Shown: positions 24,953 through 33,480 of the stretch, piece by piece | How the letters are laid out: every line of letters begins with the position of its first letter | Numbering within the stretch: the stretch's first letter is position 1 | Made by a program: the position numbers and the translations under genes | Assembly (NCBI GenBank): GCA_018715465.1 | Contig: DVLN01000134.1 | Location: 1 to 39,364 of the forward strand | Reading direction: 5' to 3' | DNA: 39,364 nt | Source of the DNA: Candidatus Faecivivens stercorigallinarum | Lineage (GTDB): Bacteria; Bacillota; Clostridia; Oscillospirales; Ruminococcaceae | Notes under the pieces: model-generated | Database searches by the model: none | The model's input: the letters and a program-made list of their open reading frames with translations, nothing else | What the model was told of the DNA's origin: nothing

Positions 24953-24986
24953 AGCAGGCAGATTCTTTTTCTGTCTGCTTTTTTTG
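24953..24986 (+). terminator. rho-independent terminator after yabR
   Basis: AGCAGGCAGA pairs with TCTGTCTGCT (one G-U), followed by TTTTTTT. Confidence 0.75.
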
Positions 24987-25000
24987 GATTTTTGCATGTA

Positions 25001-25040
25001 AAAACCGCCGGAAAGAGGAGAGCCTCTTTTCGGCGGTTTT
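25001..25040 (-). terminator. A/T-flanked 18-bp hairpin, probable terminator of the DUF134-NifX gene (bidirectional shape)
   Basis: AAAACCGCCGGAAAGAGG-AGAG-CCTCTTTTCGGCGGTTTT, 20 nt downstream of the minus-strand stop at 25061. Confidence 0.6.
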
Positions 25041-25060
25041 GTCCATATGGCAGAATCTGA

Positions 25061-25855
25061 TCAGTTGCCGCTGTGGCAGTTGTTGCCGTGGCAGCCGTTT
25101 TTGTTTTCACCGCAGTGATGTTCACCGCAGGAGTGGCCCTCGCCATGGTCGTGATGGTTGCAGTGGACGTCAGGATTATACAGCAGCTTGCCTTCGACCA
25201 GCGCCTGCACTGCTTCATCTGCGCTGCCCTGGACGCCTCCGAACAGCTGGATGCCAGCCTGTGCCAGTGCGTTCTGTGCGCCTGCGCCGATGCCGCCGCA
25301 GATCAGCGCGTCAACGCCGCCCTGTGCAAGCAGCCCTGCAAGTGCGCCATGTCCGCTGCCGTTGGTTCCGATGACCTGGGAAGAGACGATCTTGCCGTCC
25401 TCAATGTCATACAGCTTGAACTGAGCGGTGTGGCCAAAATGCTGGAAGATGTTGCCGTTTTCATAAGTTACTGCGACTCTCATATCTGTTTCTCCTTTTC
25501 CTTTCAATGTCGTATCATCCGGGAGGTGGGAAGCCCTGCGGCACCCGCCGCAGCGCATTTCTCCTCCGTCGCACAACCGGTAATTTCCGCCGGTAATCTC
25601 AAGCGGGCGGCCGTTGACAAGGCAGTCCGCCAGCTTATACCGTGCCGACTGATAGATCTCGGTAACAGTTGTCCGGGAAATCTGCATCTGTCGGGCAGCC
25701 TCCTCATGGGTGTGCCCCTTCAGGTCGATCAGCCGGATGACCTCATATTCATCCAGCGTCAGCAGCACCCTGTCTCCGCCTGCGATGCCGCAGGGGATGA
25801 ACTGATCGTAAGCTGGTTCAGTACAGACCCGTCTGCTCCGGGTAGGTCTTGCCAT
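25061..25855 (-). CDS. DUF134 (HTH) domain fused in frame to a NifB/NifX-type domain, with a His/Cys-rich tail
   Basis: The ATG at 25855 follows AAAGGAGG. MARPTRSRRVCTEPAYDQFIPCG...LTLDEYEVIRLIDLKGHTHEEAARQMQISRTTV is the DUF134 pattern. MRVAVTYENGNIFQHFGHTAQFKLYDI...GHGALAGLLAQGGVDALICGGIGAGAQ is the NifX/NifB-like domain. The tail is VHCNHHDHGEGHSCGEHHCGENKNGCHGNNCHSGN. An internal ATG at 25483 is preceded by AAAGGAGAA. Confidence 0.8.
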   Translation of the reverse strand: MARPTRSRRVCTEPAYDQFIPCGIAGGDRVLLTLDEYEVIRLIDLKGHTHEEAARQMQISRTTVTEIYQSARYKLADCLVNGRPLEITGGNYRLCDGGEMRCGGCRRASHLPDDTTLKGKGETDMRVAVTYENGNIFQHFGHTAQFKLYDIEDGKIVSSQVIGTNGSGHGALAGLLAQGGVDALICGGIGAGAQNALAQAGIQLFGGVQGSADEAVQALVEGKLLYNPDVHCNHHDHGEGHSCGEHHCGENKNGCHGNNCHSGN

Positions 25856-25873
25856 TGGTCCGCCTCCTTTCAT

Positions 25874-25926
25874 CATTACCGACATATGTCGATAATGATT
25901 ATAGTCCTCTTTTCCAGTTTTGTCAA
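25874..25926 (-). promoter_or_regulatory. consensus sigma-A promoter plus a 24-bp palindromic operator candidate
   Basis: Minus strand reads TTGACA (25921-25926), a 17-nt spacer, then TATAAT (25898-25903). Immediately after comes CATTATCGACAT|ATGTCGGTAATG (25874-25897), which matches in 11 of 12 palindrome positions. Confidence 0.6.
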
Positions 25927-25950
25927 GGGCATATCTCATCATTTATCCGG

Positions 25951-25990
25951 CGAAAAAACAGCCTGCACCGTTTTTGCGGTACAGGCTGTT
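25951..25990 (-). terminator. rho-independent terminator of the GGDEF/EAL gene
   Basis: Minus strand reads AACAGCCTGTACCG-CAAAAA-CGGTGCAGGCTGTT followed by TTTTTT, starting 3 nt after the stop. Confidence 0.8.
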
Positions 25991-25992
25991 GG

Positions 25993-28900
25993 TTAAGGCT
26001 GAGACATCAGGTCCTGATAAAAACTGAACTGGTTCTTTCCGTTTTTCTTGCTCTGATAGAGGGCTGCGTCCGCCTGCCGGAGCGAAAGGTTATAACTAAA
26101 ATTCTCCGGTGAAACGATGGTGGCTCCGGCGCTGCCCGACAAGGGCATTCTGTCTGATTGCAGCCGGTTGAGCATCCGGGTGAGCTGCTGACTGAGCAGC
26201 GAAAGCTGACTGTTTGGGGTGAAGATCAGAAACTCATCCCCGCCCAGTCTGCCGATACAGCTGTCCGGTCCGAAACTGTCCAGCAGCAGACCGGACACCC
26301 GCCGCAGCGCCTCATCACCCTTGAGGTGGCCCATTTCATCGTTGATGCTCTTGAAATTGTCAATATCCATCAGCATCAACATACCGCAGGGGGCGTCAAT
26401 ACTGCTGCGGACATGGTTGGTAACGACCTTTTCAAAAGCGGTGCGGTTGTAGATGCCGGTCAGCGGGTCATGGCTGGCGGCGCGGAGCTGTTGATCTTCT
26501 CGTTCCTTACGGGCGTTGATATCCCGCAGACAGAGCAGGCCATAGACATTCTGGGTGACTTCTTCCTTGAAAACGTGCATGACCAGTTCTACCCAGCACA
26601 GCCGGTTGCGGACCGGCCGGCGGTAACACAGCCGGACGGGCTGTCCTTTTTCGATGACCCTCTGCCACCCTTCCGGGGTACGGCAGCTTCGGAAGACAGC
26701 AAGTTCTTCCGGGCTGACCAGTGATTCCAGCCGTTCGGCAAGGATGTCGATAAAGTCCCGGCTGGTGTGCAGGTAATCCTGCCGGTAGCTTTCCCAGATA
26801 CCGCCCGCAACTTTCAGCTGACCGCTTTCCATATCGACCTCTGCATAGCCGATCGACTCGGACAGCATCGCCTGATAGAACCGGGACAGCCGCATATTTT
26901 CCAGCTCAAGTGAACGTTCCCGTCCGACCGGTTCCAGCGTGACGACAACGGTGTCCAGGTCCTGTTGGGCGGTGCCGGGGTGGCGCAGAAGCAGGTGGTA
27001 CCATTTGTAGCTTCCCGTGCGGGACTTAAGCAGGATCTCCGGCAGGCTGGCCTCGGATTTGACCCGGACGCGGGAAAAGGTATCAATAAACCGCTGCTGG
27101 AAATGTGGGTGGACGATCTCGTCACGGATCCAGCTGCCTGGAAAATCCGCTTCGTGCAGCTGGTCTCCGGCAATCAGCGTTCGGTCGGTGTGGAAAAAGA
27201 TGGTGTGATTCAGTTCATTGTATTCAAAGATATCCCGCTGGTGGATATCCGGCAGGAACTTGGGGCGTTGAATGTTGCTGATGATCCGGTGGTAGCCGCG
27301 CAGCAGGGTTTTGCCCTCTTTATTGGTCCAGCGCTTGCCGGTGCATCGGACGACAACCTCACCGTCGGTCGGATGTTTCCAGGTATATTCCAGCTGGACA
27401 ATTTCCCCTGTGCGCAGCATTGTTTCGATTGCCTGACTGACATAGTGGTAGTAACCATCATTGATCCGGTTGTACCAGAACTGGTAGCATTCCTCCGGGC
27501 TGGGGGTTTCCCGGATGCCCATGACCCGCAGCATCGTATTGTCGGCCAGCATACGGCTTCCATTCGGGCCGTCCGTGTCGATGATCCACAAGCCGATTCC
27601 AATTTGTTCCGGGATGTCCCAGAACTGATAGTCGAACAGATGGCTGAGCCGTTGTTCGCTCCGTTTTTTGCGAACGGCGCTGAGCAGAAAGCTGGACAGA
27701 ACCCGCAGGTAGCCGTCGTCATGAATGAAGTGCCGCGGGTTGTCCACCCCGATAAATCCCAGCAGCTGTCCGCCCAGAAAAAGCGGGGAAGCAATCAGCC
27801 GGGAGATATCCTGTGCCATCAGTACCTGGTATTCCTGTGGGCTGACGTTTTTGAGCAGCTCAGGGTTGTAGATGATGACCGACTCGTTCTGCCTGAACAG
27901 CTCCAGCCAGCGATGTACCACCTTTTCAGGAACCTTCATCAGATTTTGCTGTTGTGGGATCACGTCGTCACTGCGGCACCATTCATAGGTGTTGTTCCAA
28001 CAAGACGGGTCCTGCGGGTCCGGCTGGAAGATATAGGAGCGGTCGGCCTGGTAGGATTCGCCGACCGTTTCCAGTATCCACCGGACGGTCGTCTCATAAT
28101 CTCCGTCCTCCGGCAGCATCCGGGTATAATCGACGATCTTTCGTGCAAAGGTCAGCTGTTCCTGGACTTCCCGGCTGACAATCTCGTTCTTGGTGATGTC
28201 CATTGCGATTTCCAGACGTGCCTGCCGGCCCTGAAATTCGATCAATTTATCCTTGAGCAGGAAATGCCGTTTGCAGTATTCGTTTTCACGTTCCCAGACA
28301 GTAAACTCGTTGGTGTTGAGAAACTGGTTGTTGCAGAAGGTACAGGGTTGATTGCGTCCCTGCAGCACCTCGTAGCATTTTCGCCCCCTGAAGTCTCCGC
28401 AGCCCATCAGCTTCTGTCCCGCTGGATTCAGGTAGTACAGCTCGTAGCTGTGCGGGTCGCTGACATAGATGATATCGTCGGCCGACTGCATAATTGCGCG
28501 AATAATCTGGTCTTCTCCCCAGTAGTTGGAGGTGGAGAGGGGAATTCTGGGGTGGGAAAGCCGCATCTGGCTGATCCTTTCCGCCCGCTTCCGTAGCACG
28601 GGGGCGTCGCCTTCCAGCCATTGGGCTGAAAACTCCTGGGCGGTGCAGGGCTTGCCGAACAGAAATCCCTGAAGCAGTCCGGGATGCAGCTTTTCCAGCG
28701 TATCCAGTTCTTCCTGCTGTTCCACCCCTTCACAGCAGATGCGGATGTGGCTGACACGCGCCAGCTCAAACATATTGCTCAGCAGCCGGTAGTTGTAGGC
28801 ACTGTTGTGGATATTGCTGACAAATGAACGGTCGATTTTGATTTCGTCAATCTCCATCTCCTTGAGCCGTCCAAGGCTGGAATAACCGGTGCCGAAGTCG

Positions 28901-30240
28901 TCGACCGAGATGGAGATGCCGCATCGTTTCCACTGCCGGAAGATGTCGTTCAGATAGGGATAGTCATGCAGCTGCATGCTTTCGGTGACTTCGATGGTCA
29001 GCGCACTGCCCGGCAGTCCGCTTTCCCGCAGCGCATGCAGCACCTCGCCGGTGATATTTTCCTCGCACAGCTGGGTATATGACATATTGACGCTGACCGT
29101 CAGTTCAGGGCAGTATTTTCTCCAGATGCCGCACTGCCGCAGCGCTTCCCGCAGAACCCAGATCCCGACTTCACGGATTAAACCACTCTGTTCCAGCATT
29201 GGGATAAACTCAGCGGGGGAGATATCTCCGCGGTTGGGGGAATGGTAGCGCAGCAGCACTTCGCACCCTTGCAGCGCGTAGCTGCCGGAGCGGACCTGCG
29301 GCTGGTAACAGACCGTAAACCCGGAAAACCCTTCCCGCACACTCTTTTTCAGGTCTTCTCGCACCTCCAGCATTGCCAGATCCTTTTCATAGTCTTCCGC
29401 TGAGAAAAACCACAGGATATTCCGGCCGCTTTTTTTGGCATTGTCCAGCGAGTTTTCAGCATACTGGTAGAGGGTCTCGGCGTCGGGAATAATGTACTCA
29501 CGAAAGGGGACACACCCGCCTGACAGGGCACATTGTCCGTTGAGTCGCTGCTGTAACTGTAAAAAGGTTTCTTCTACCTGCTGACGGCTGCTGCCGGTCA
29601 GACAGACACAGAATTTTCCTCCGTTTACGCGATAGACCCTTATTCTGCCGCCCGTCAGATCCTCAAGTGCGTGGCAGACCTTTTTGAGCAGCTGGTCGCC
29701 CGCCTGGCGGCCTTTGTGGATATTGACCGATTTGAGGTTGTCTACTCCCACCAGCAGCAGATAGCCGTCGGTATTGTTGCGCAGCATCTCCGAGACGTCC
29801 GCCCGCAGGGTGTCCATTAAAAATGCCCCGGTCAGCTGGTCCAGCTTGCCTTTGAAGATGGTATCGGAGATCCGTCCGATCATCCACATCGGTACCCCTT
29901 CAGGGGAAAGGCTGCTTTTGCCCCGGCAGCTGATCCAGACCAGTTCGCCGTTTCGGTTGACCAGGCGGTAGACCAGGTTGTGCAGCTGAAGCTCGCCCCG
30001 CTGGATACGTTCCAGCTGTTCGGCCAGTTCCGGCAGGTCGGGCGGATAGACAATCCGCATCCAGTCTGAGAGGGTACAGCTGGTTGCCCCTGTCTGCAGC
30101 AGATCATATTTTAAATTAATCTTTTCCGACAGGTGCAGCTGCTGGGCCTGGATGTCCCAAAGGAAAAAATAGTCGTCCGAACTTTCGCTCAGAAAGTTAA
30201 GCATACTGTGATATAATTCGATTGTTTTATTAATCTCCAT
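25993..30240 (-). CDS. multidomain c-di-GMP signalling protein: PAS - degenerate GGDEF - EAL - Cys-motif PAS - GAF - PAS - GGDEF
   Basis: The first ATG (30240, MEINKTIELY) follows AAGGAAG; the track start at 30282 is TTG. The first cyclase-like domain has VNGGKF in place of GGDEF. EAL domain motifs: CEVLLRY, LTIEVTES, ISVDDFGTGYSSL, IKIDRSFV, CCEGVEQQEE, QGFLFGKP. The C-terminal domain has RLGGDEFLIF. Confidence 0.9.
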   Translation of the reverse strand: MEINKTIELYHSMLNFLSESSDDYFFLWDIQAQQLHLSEKINLKYDLLQTGATSCTLSDWMRIVYPPDLPELAEQLERIQRGELQLHNLVYRLVNRNGELVWISCRGKSSLSPEGVPMWMIGRISDTIFKGKLDQLTGAFLMDTLRADVSEMLRNNTDGYLLLVGVDNLKSVNIHKGRQAGDQLLKKVCHALEDLTGGRIRVYRVNGGKFCVCLTGSSRQQVEETFLQLQQRLNGQCALSGGCVPFREYIIPDAETLYQYAENSLDNAKKSGRNILWFFSAEDYEKDLAMLEVREDLKKSVREGFSGFTVCYQPQVRSGSYALQGCEVLLRYHSPNRGDISPAEFIPMLEQSGLIREVGIWVLREALRQCGIWRKYCPELTVSVNMSYTQLCEENITGEVLHALRESGLPGSALTIEVTESMQLHDYPYLNDIFRQWKRCGISISVDDFGTGYSSLGRLKEMEIDEIKIDRSFVSNIHNSAYNYRLLSNMFELARVSHIRICCEGVEQQEELDTLEKLHPGLLQGFLFGKPCTAQEFSAQWLEGDAPVLRKRAERISQMRLSHPRIPLSTSNYWGEDQIIRAIMQSADDIIYVSDPHSYELYYLNPAGQKLMGCGDFRGRKCYEVLQGRNQPCTFCNNQFLNTNEFTVWERENEYCKRHFLLKDKLIEFQGRQARLEIAMDITKNEIVSREVQEQLTFARKIVDYTRMLPEDGDYETTVRWILETVGESYQADRSYIFQPDPQDPSCWNNTYEWCRSDDVIPQQQNLMKVPEKVVHRWLELFRQNESVIIYNPELLKNVSPQEYQVLMAQDISRLIASPLFLGGQLLGFIGVDNPRHFIHDDGYLRVLSSFLLSAVRKKRSEQRLSHLFDYQFWDIPEQIGIGLWIIDTDGPNGSRMLADNTMLRVMGIRETPSPEECYQFWYNRINDGYYHYVSQAIETMLRTGEIVQLEYTWKHPTDGEVVVRCTGKRWTNKEGKTLLRGYHRIISNIQRPKFLPDIHQRDIFEYNELNHTIFFHTDRTLIAGDQLHEADFPGSWIRDEIVHPHFQQRFIDTFSRVRVKSEASLPEILLKSRTGSYKWYHLLLRHPGTAQQDLDTVVVTLEPVGRERSLELENMRLSRFYQAMLSESIGYAEVDMESGQLKVAGGIWESYRQDYLHTSRDFIDILAERLESLVSPEELAVFRSCRTPEGWQRVIEKGQPVRLCYRRPVRNRLCWVELVMHVFKEEVTQNVYGLLCLRDINARKEREDQQLRAASHDPLTGIYNRTAFEKVVTNHVRSSIDAPCGMLMLMDIDNFKSINDEMGHLKGDEALRRVSGLLLDSFGPDSCIGRLGGDEFLIFTPNSQLSLLSQQLTRMLNRLQSDRMPLSGSAGATIVSPENFSYNLSLRQADAALYQSKKNGKNQFSFYQDLMSQP

Positions 30241-30409
30241 AGGCAGCTTCCTTGCATCCTCTGTTGAAAAATCTGTATACAAAAAAAATTATAACATATT
30301 TTTGCCAATTTGAACAGTCAGCTTTTCCGTGATGATACAAAACCGGCGCCCCTGAGCCAGAATCAGCCCAGAAGCACCGGTTTTCAGCAGAATATAAATT
30401 GTAAAACAG

Positions 30410-31861
30410 TTATCCCTGGAAGGATTTGAGCAGCTCATGTTTGGAATTCCACAGCTTCTCCGACAGGTCGACATAGTACCGGTGGGGATTCTCAAACCGC
30501 TTGACCTCTTCCCACAGGTGGTCGATCTGGTCTTTGCAGTAAGCCTTGATTTCCTCGATGTCCGGCAGGTCATAGACACATTCGCCGTCCCTGAATACCT
30601 CAACCAGCATCGGCCGGATGTCGACATCGGTAAAGGTTTTGGATTTCCAGGTGTTGACCGGGTCGAACATCGTGATCGGCCCCTCGGTCGGGACATTTTC
30701 GTCCGACATCGCGATATAGTCTGCGACTGCTTCATGGTCATCCTTCTTGTAAAGGCGATAGACCATCTTCTTATTGGGAGTGGTGATCTTTTCAGCCGTT
30801 TCAGACAGCTTGATCCGCGGCTGGAGAACGCCGTTTTCGTCCTCGACCGCAACCAGCTTGTAGACCCCGCCGAAGACCGGGTCGGACTTGGAGGTGATCA
30901 GGTTCTCGCCGACGCCGAACGAATCCACCTTTGCCCCCTGCAGCAGCAGGTCGCGGATCAGGTACTCGTCCAGCGAGTTGGACGCGACGATGGTGCAGTC
31001 GGGGTATCCTGCCGCATCCAGCATCTTGCGGGCTTTCTTGGACAGATAGGCGATATCGCCCGAGTCGATGCGGACCCCTTTGGGACGGTAGCCCATCGGA
31101 GCGAGCACTTCATCAAAAACTTTGATTGCATTGGGAATACCGGATTTAAGAACGTTATAGGTGTCGACCAGCAGCGTACAGCTGTCAGGATAGGTTTCGG
31201 CATAGGCCTTGAACGCGTCATATTCAGTCGGGAACATCTGTACCCAGCTATGGGCAATCGTCCCCAGCGCAGGGATTTTGTATTCCCGGTCGGAGATCGC
31301 GCAGGCAGTGCCGGAGCATCCGCCGATATAAGCTGCGCGGGCACCTAAGACTGCCGCGTCATAGCTCTGCGCACGGCGGGAACCGAATTCCATAACCGGA
31401 CGGCCCTGTGCTGCGCGGCAGATACGGCTTGCCTTGGTGGTGACCAGCGACTGAAAGTTGATCGACAGCAGTACCATTGTTTCGATCAGCTGTGCCTGAA
31501 GGACAGGGCCTTCGACGATGACGACCGGTTCATTCGGGAAGATCGGGGTGCCTTCCTTCATTGCCCAGACGTTGCAGCTGAAGCGGAAGTTTTGGAGGTA
31601 TGTGAGGAATTCTTCACTAAACAGGTTTTTGGCCCGCAGGAATTCGATATCCTCGGCCGAAAAGTGGAGGTTTTTCAGGTAGCCGACCAGCTGTTCCAGT
31701 CCGGCAAAGATCGCAAAGCCTGCCTGATCAGGGATTTTGCGGAAGAACATATCAAATACCGCGCGTTTGTCCTGGACGCCTTCCCGGATATATCCGTTGC
31801 CCATCGTCAGTTCGTAAAAATCGACCAGCATTGTCAGGTTGCGGTTGTTGCTCCAATCCAT
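30410..31861 (-). CDS. pncB: nicotinate phosphoribosyltransferase
   Basis: NRNLTMLVDFYELTMGNGY, HSWVQMF, VRIDSGD and the rest of the PncB pattern. The ATG at 31861 (MDWSNN) follows GAAAGGA. Confidence 0.95.
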   Translation of the reverse strand: MDWSNNRNLTMLVDFYELTMGNGYIREGVQDKRAVFDMFFRKIPDQAGFAIFAGLEQLVGYLKNLHFSAEDIEFLRAKNLFSEEFLTYLQNFRFSCNVWAMKEGTPIFPNEPVVIVEGPVLQAQLIETMVLLSINFQSLVTTKASRICRAAQGRPVMEFGSRRAQSYDAAVLGARAAYIGGCSGTACAISDREYKIPALGTIAHSWVQMFPTEYDAFKAYAETYPDSCTLLVDTYNVLKSGIPNAIKVFDEVLAPMGYRPKGVRIDSGDIAYLSKKARKMLDAAGYPDCTIVASNSLDEYLIRDLLLQGAKVDSFGVGENLITSKSDPVFGGVYKLVAVEDENGVLQPRIKLSETAEKITTPNKKMVYRLYKKDDHEAVADYIAMSDENVPTEGPITMFDPVNTWKSKTFTDVDIRPMLVEVFRDGECVYDLPDIEEIKAYCKDQIDHLWEEVKRFENPHRYYVDLSEKLWNSKHELLKSFQG

Positions 31862-31985
31862 GTTGACTCGTCCTTTCCATATCACCAATCGCCGGTCGTT
31901 TGAGCGGACAGCCGGACGGTGGGATGCCGGGCGGCTGCGGAAAACAGCGGCTGAAAAAGGTGTCTTGACAGCTTAGTTTGAAAAT

Positions 31986-32014
31986 ATTATACACGTTTTA
32001 CCTTTAATTTGCAA
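31986..32014 (-). promoter_or_regulatory. sigma-A promoter for pncB
   Basis: Minus strand reads TTGCAA (32009-32014), a 17-nt spacer, then TATAAT (31986-31991). This leaves a ~118-nt leader. Confidence 0.55.
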
Positions 32015-32074
32015 TCCCTTTTTCGGCTGGCGGCAGGGAAGTTTGCCGGGGTGGGAAGACAAATTTTGTACAAA

Positions 32075-32494
32075 CTAGCGGTCATTCCGCGCCTGGCAGC
32101 GCTTGATCTGCCCCAACAGCCCGAAGGCCGGGTAACATAGAAAATACCAGTAGATGGTATACAGCGGGCAGATCTGCCCGGCAAAATTTCCCCACTGGGC
32201 CGAGTAGTCCCACACCGCCAGCCCTAGCAGCCGGTTGACCACCAGCCCGACCGCCAGTTCCACCCCGGTGATGACCATTGCGCCCCGGATACACCGCAAA
32301 AATAGCCATTCCTGCTGGTATCTTCTGTCCAGCTGTTCCAGCAGCAGCAGGCAGACTCCGCCGGTCAGCAGCATGCTCCAGTGGGTCGCCCCCCGCCATA
32401 GTATTTCAATCCCGCCGTACCCCAGCCCGCCCAGGCTGAACACTGCTGCACAGTGGAGCGGGGTGGGGGAAAAACGACGCTGCTCGTTGTTCAT
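32075..32494 (-). CDS. small polytopic membrane protein (DUF1113 / putative ABC-transporter type IV CmpB-like)
   Basis: Four hydrophobic spans and a WDYS motif (LGLAVWDYSAQWGNFAGQICPLYTIYW). RBS AAAGGAA. The family assignment is from memory and is tentative. Confidence 0.7.
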   Translation of the reverse strand: MNNEQRRFSPTPLHCAAVFSLGGLGYGGIEILWRGATHWSMLLTGGVCLLLLEQLDRRYQQEWLFLRCIRGAMVITGVELAVGLVVNRLLGLAVWDYSAQWGNFAGQICPLYTIYWYFLCYPAFGLLGQIKRCQARNDR

Positions 32495-32589
32495 AGATTG
32501 GGTTCCTTTCGAGAGTTGGTTTTTATTGACTATTCTTTGCAGTTTGTGTCCGGCTATTCATCCAAAATTTGAGCGACGAATGGCAAATG

Positions 32590-33320
32590 TTGTTTGAGCG
32601 GTGAAGCAACGTTCGTTTTCTGAACTGTTGGAGCGTGGTTGAGTATTGGCATTATGTCGGCAGTGACACGCTGCACCGTTGTTGACTGTCCACCGGACAG
32701 TCAACAAGGTCAGGCGGGCAATTATCGTCAGCGGCGTGCCGCCCCACGTAGTCCCACCTGAGCAAATAAGCCGAAACTGCTGTCCTCGCTCGTTTATGGG
32801 AAAAGGCCGCATCGAACGGCCTTTTCCCATAGGGGACGCCCTTGCTATAGCGTCCAGCAAATCCCTTCGGGAATTGCACGCCCAATGCCTGCGGGCATTG
32901 GGCTACCCCTTGCTGAGCTTATTTTGGGGAAAGGATTTCGCTCTCTGCGGAGAGCGACCAGGGGCTCTGCCCGCTGGACCCCGCAATTTTTTGAAAAAAA
33001 TTGAGTAAAACTTTTATGTCATTACTTCCGTCAGAAAGAGCTTTTCGTTACCAACTACCTACCAGGCGCGTTGGCTCAGGCTGTTATTCGCACAATCGAG
33101 GCGGTCGGAACGCCGCCGACCATCGCGAACAAGGGAGCGCAGGCTCTGCGCCCTTTGAAAAGGCTTGACCTAAACTTTTTGTCATGACCGACGTTAAAAA
33201 GTGCAGAACATAACCCCGGCGCTCTGCGCGCCGGTCAAACTGCCGGGCAGAGATTGCGCACAATTTCTATCGTCCCGAGCGGAAAAAAACATGCGCTTGC
33301 TGGGCACGTAGGGCGGGGGA
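32590..33320 (+). repeat. mosaic multi-hairpin element, copy C (longest; contains all modules)
   Basis: Module X at 32596-32660. Hairpins at 32679-32707, 32798-32828, 32857-32877, 32881-32902, 32938-32957 and 32984-33003. The GGTCGG/CCGACC module is at 33098-33121, hairpin GCGCAG-GCT-CTGCGC at 33137-33151, and module M1 at 33210-33282. Confidence 0.8.
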
Positions 33321-33399
33321 CAACATTGGCAAACAGTGCAGGCACAAAAATGGGGAATTTTGTGCAATTGGCGGAATTTTGCGTTCTGTGAAAAAACGC

Positions 33400-33428
33400 T
33401 TGCTTTTTTGATGCGGGTGTGCTAAAAT
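33400..33428 (+). promoter_or_regulatory. sigma-A promoter for rpmE
   Basis: TTGCTT (33400-33405), a 17-nt spacer, then TGcTAAAAT (extended -10, hexamer at 33423-33428). Confidence 0.5.
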
Positions 33429-33480
33429 ATACTGCTGTAAGAATATACGTATGAGCGTATTATTGAAAGAGGTGTAAAGC

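Noticed and set aside
31965-31993. Plus-strand promoter-like TTGACA-17-TATACA, face to face with the pncB promoter. It would drive transcription antisense to the 32075-32494 membrane protein gene.
   Set aside because: Its -10 is just the reverse reading of the AT-rich pncB -10 region. Its -35 coincides with the TGTCAAGACA motif, which is more plausibly an operator. There is no plus-strand ORF or terminator downstream. It is kept only as a remark.
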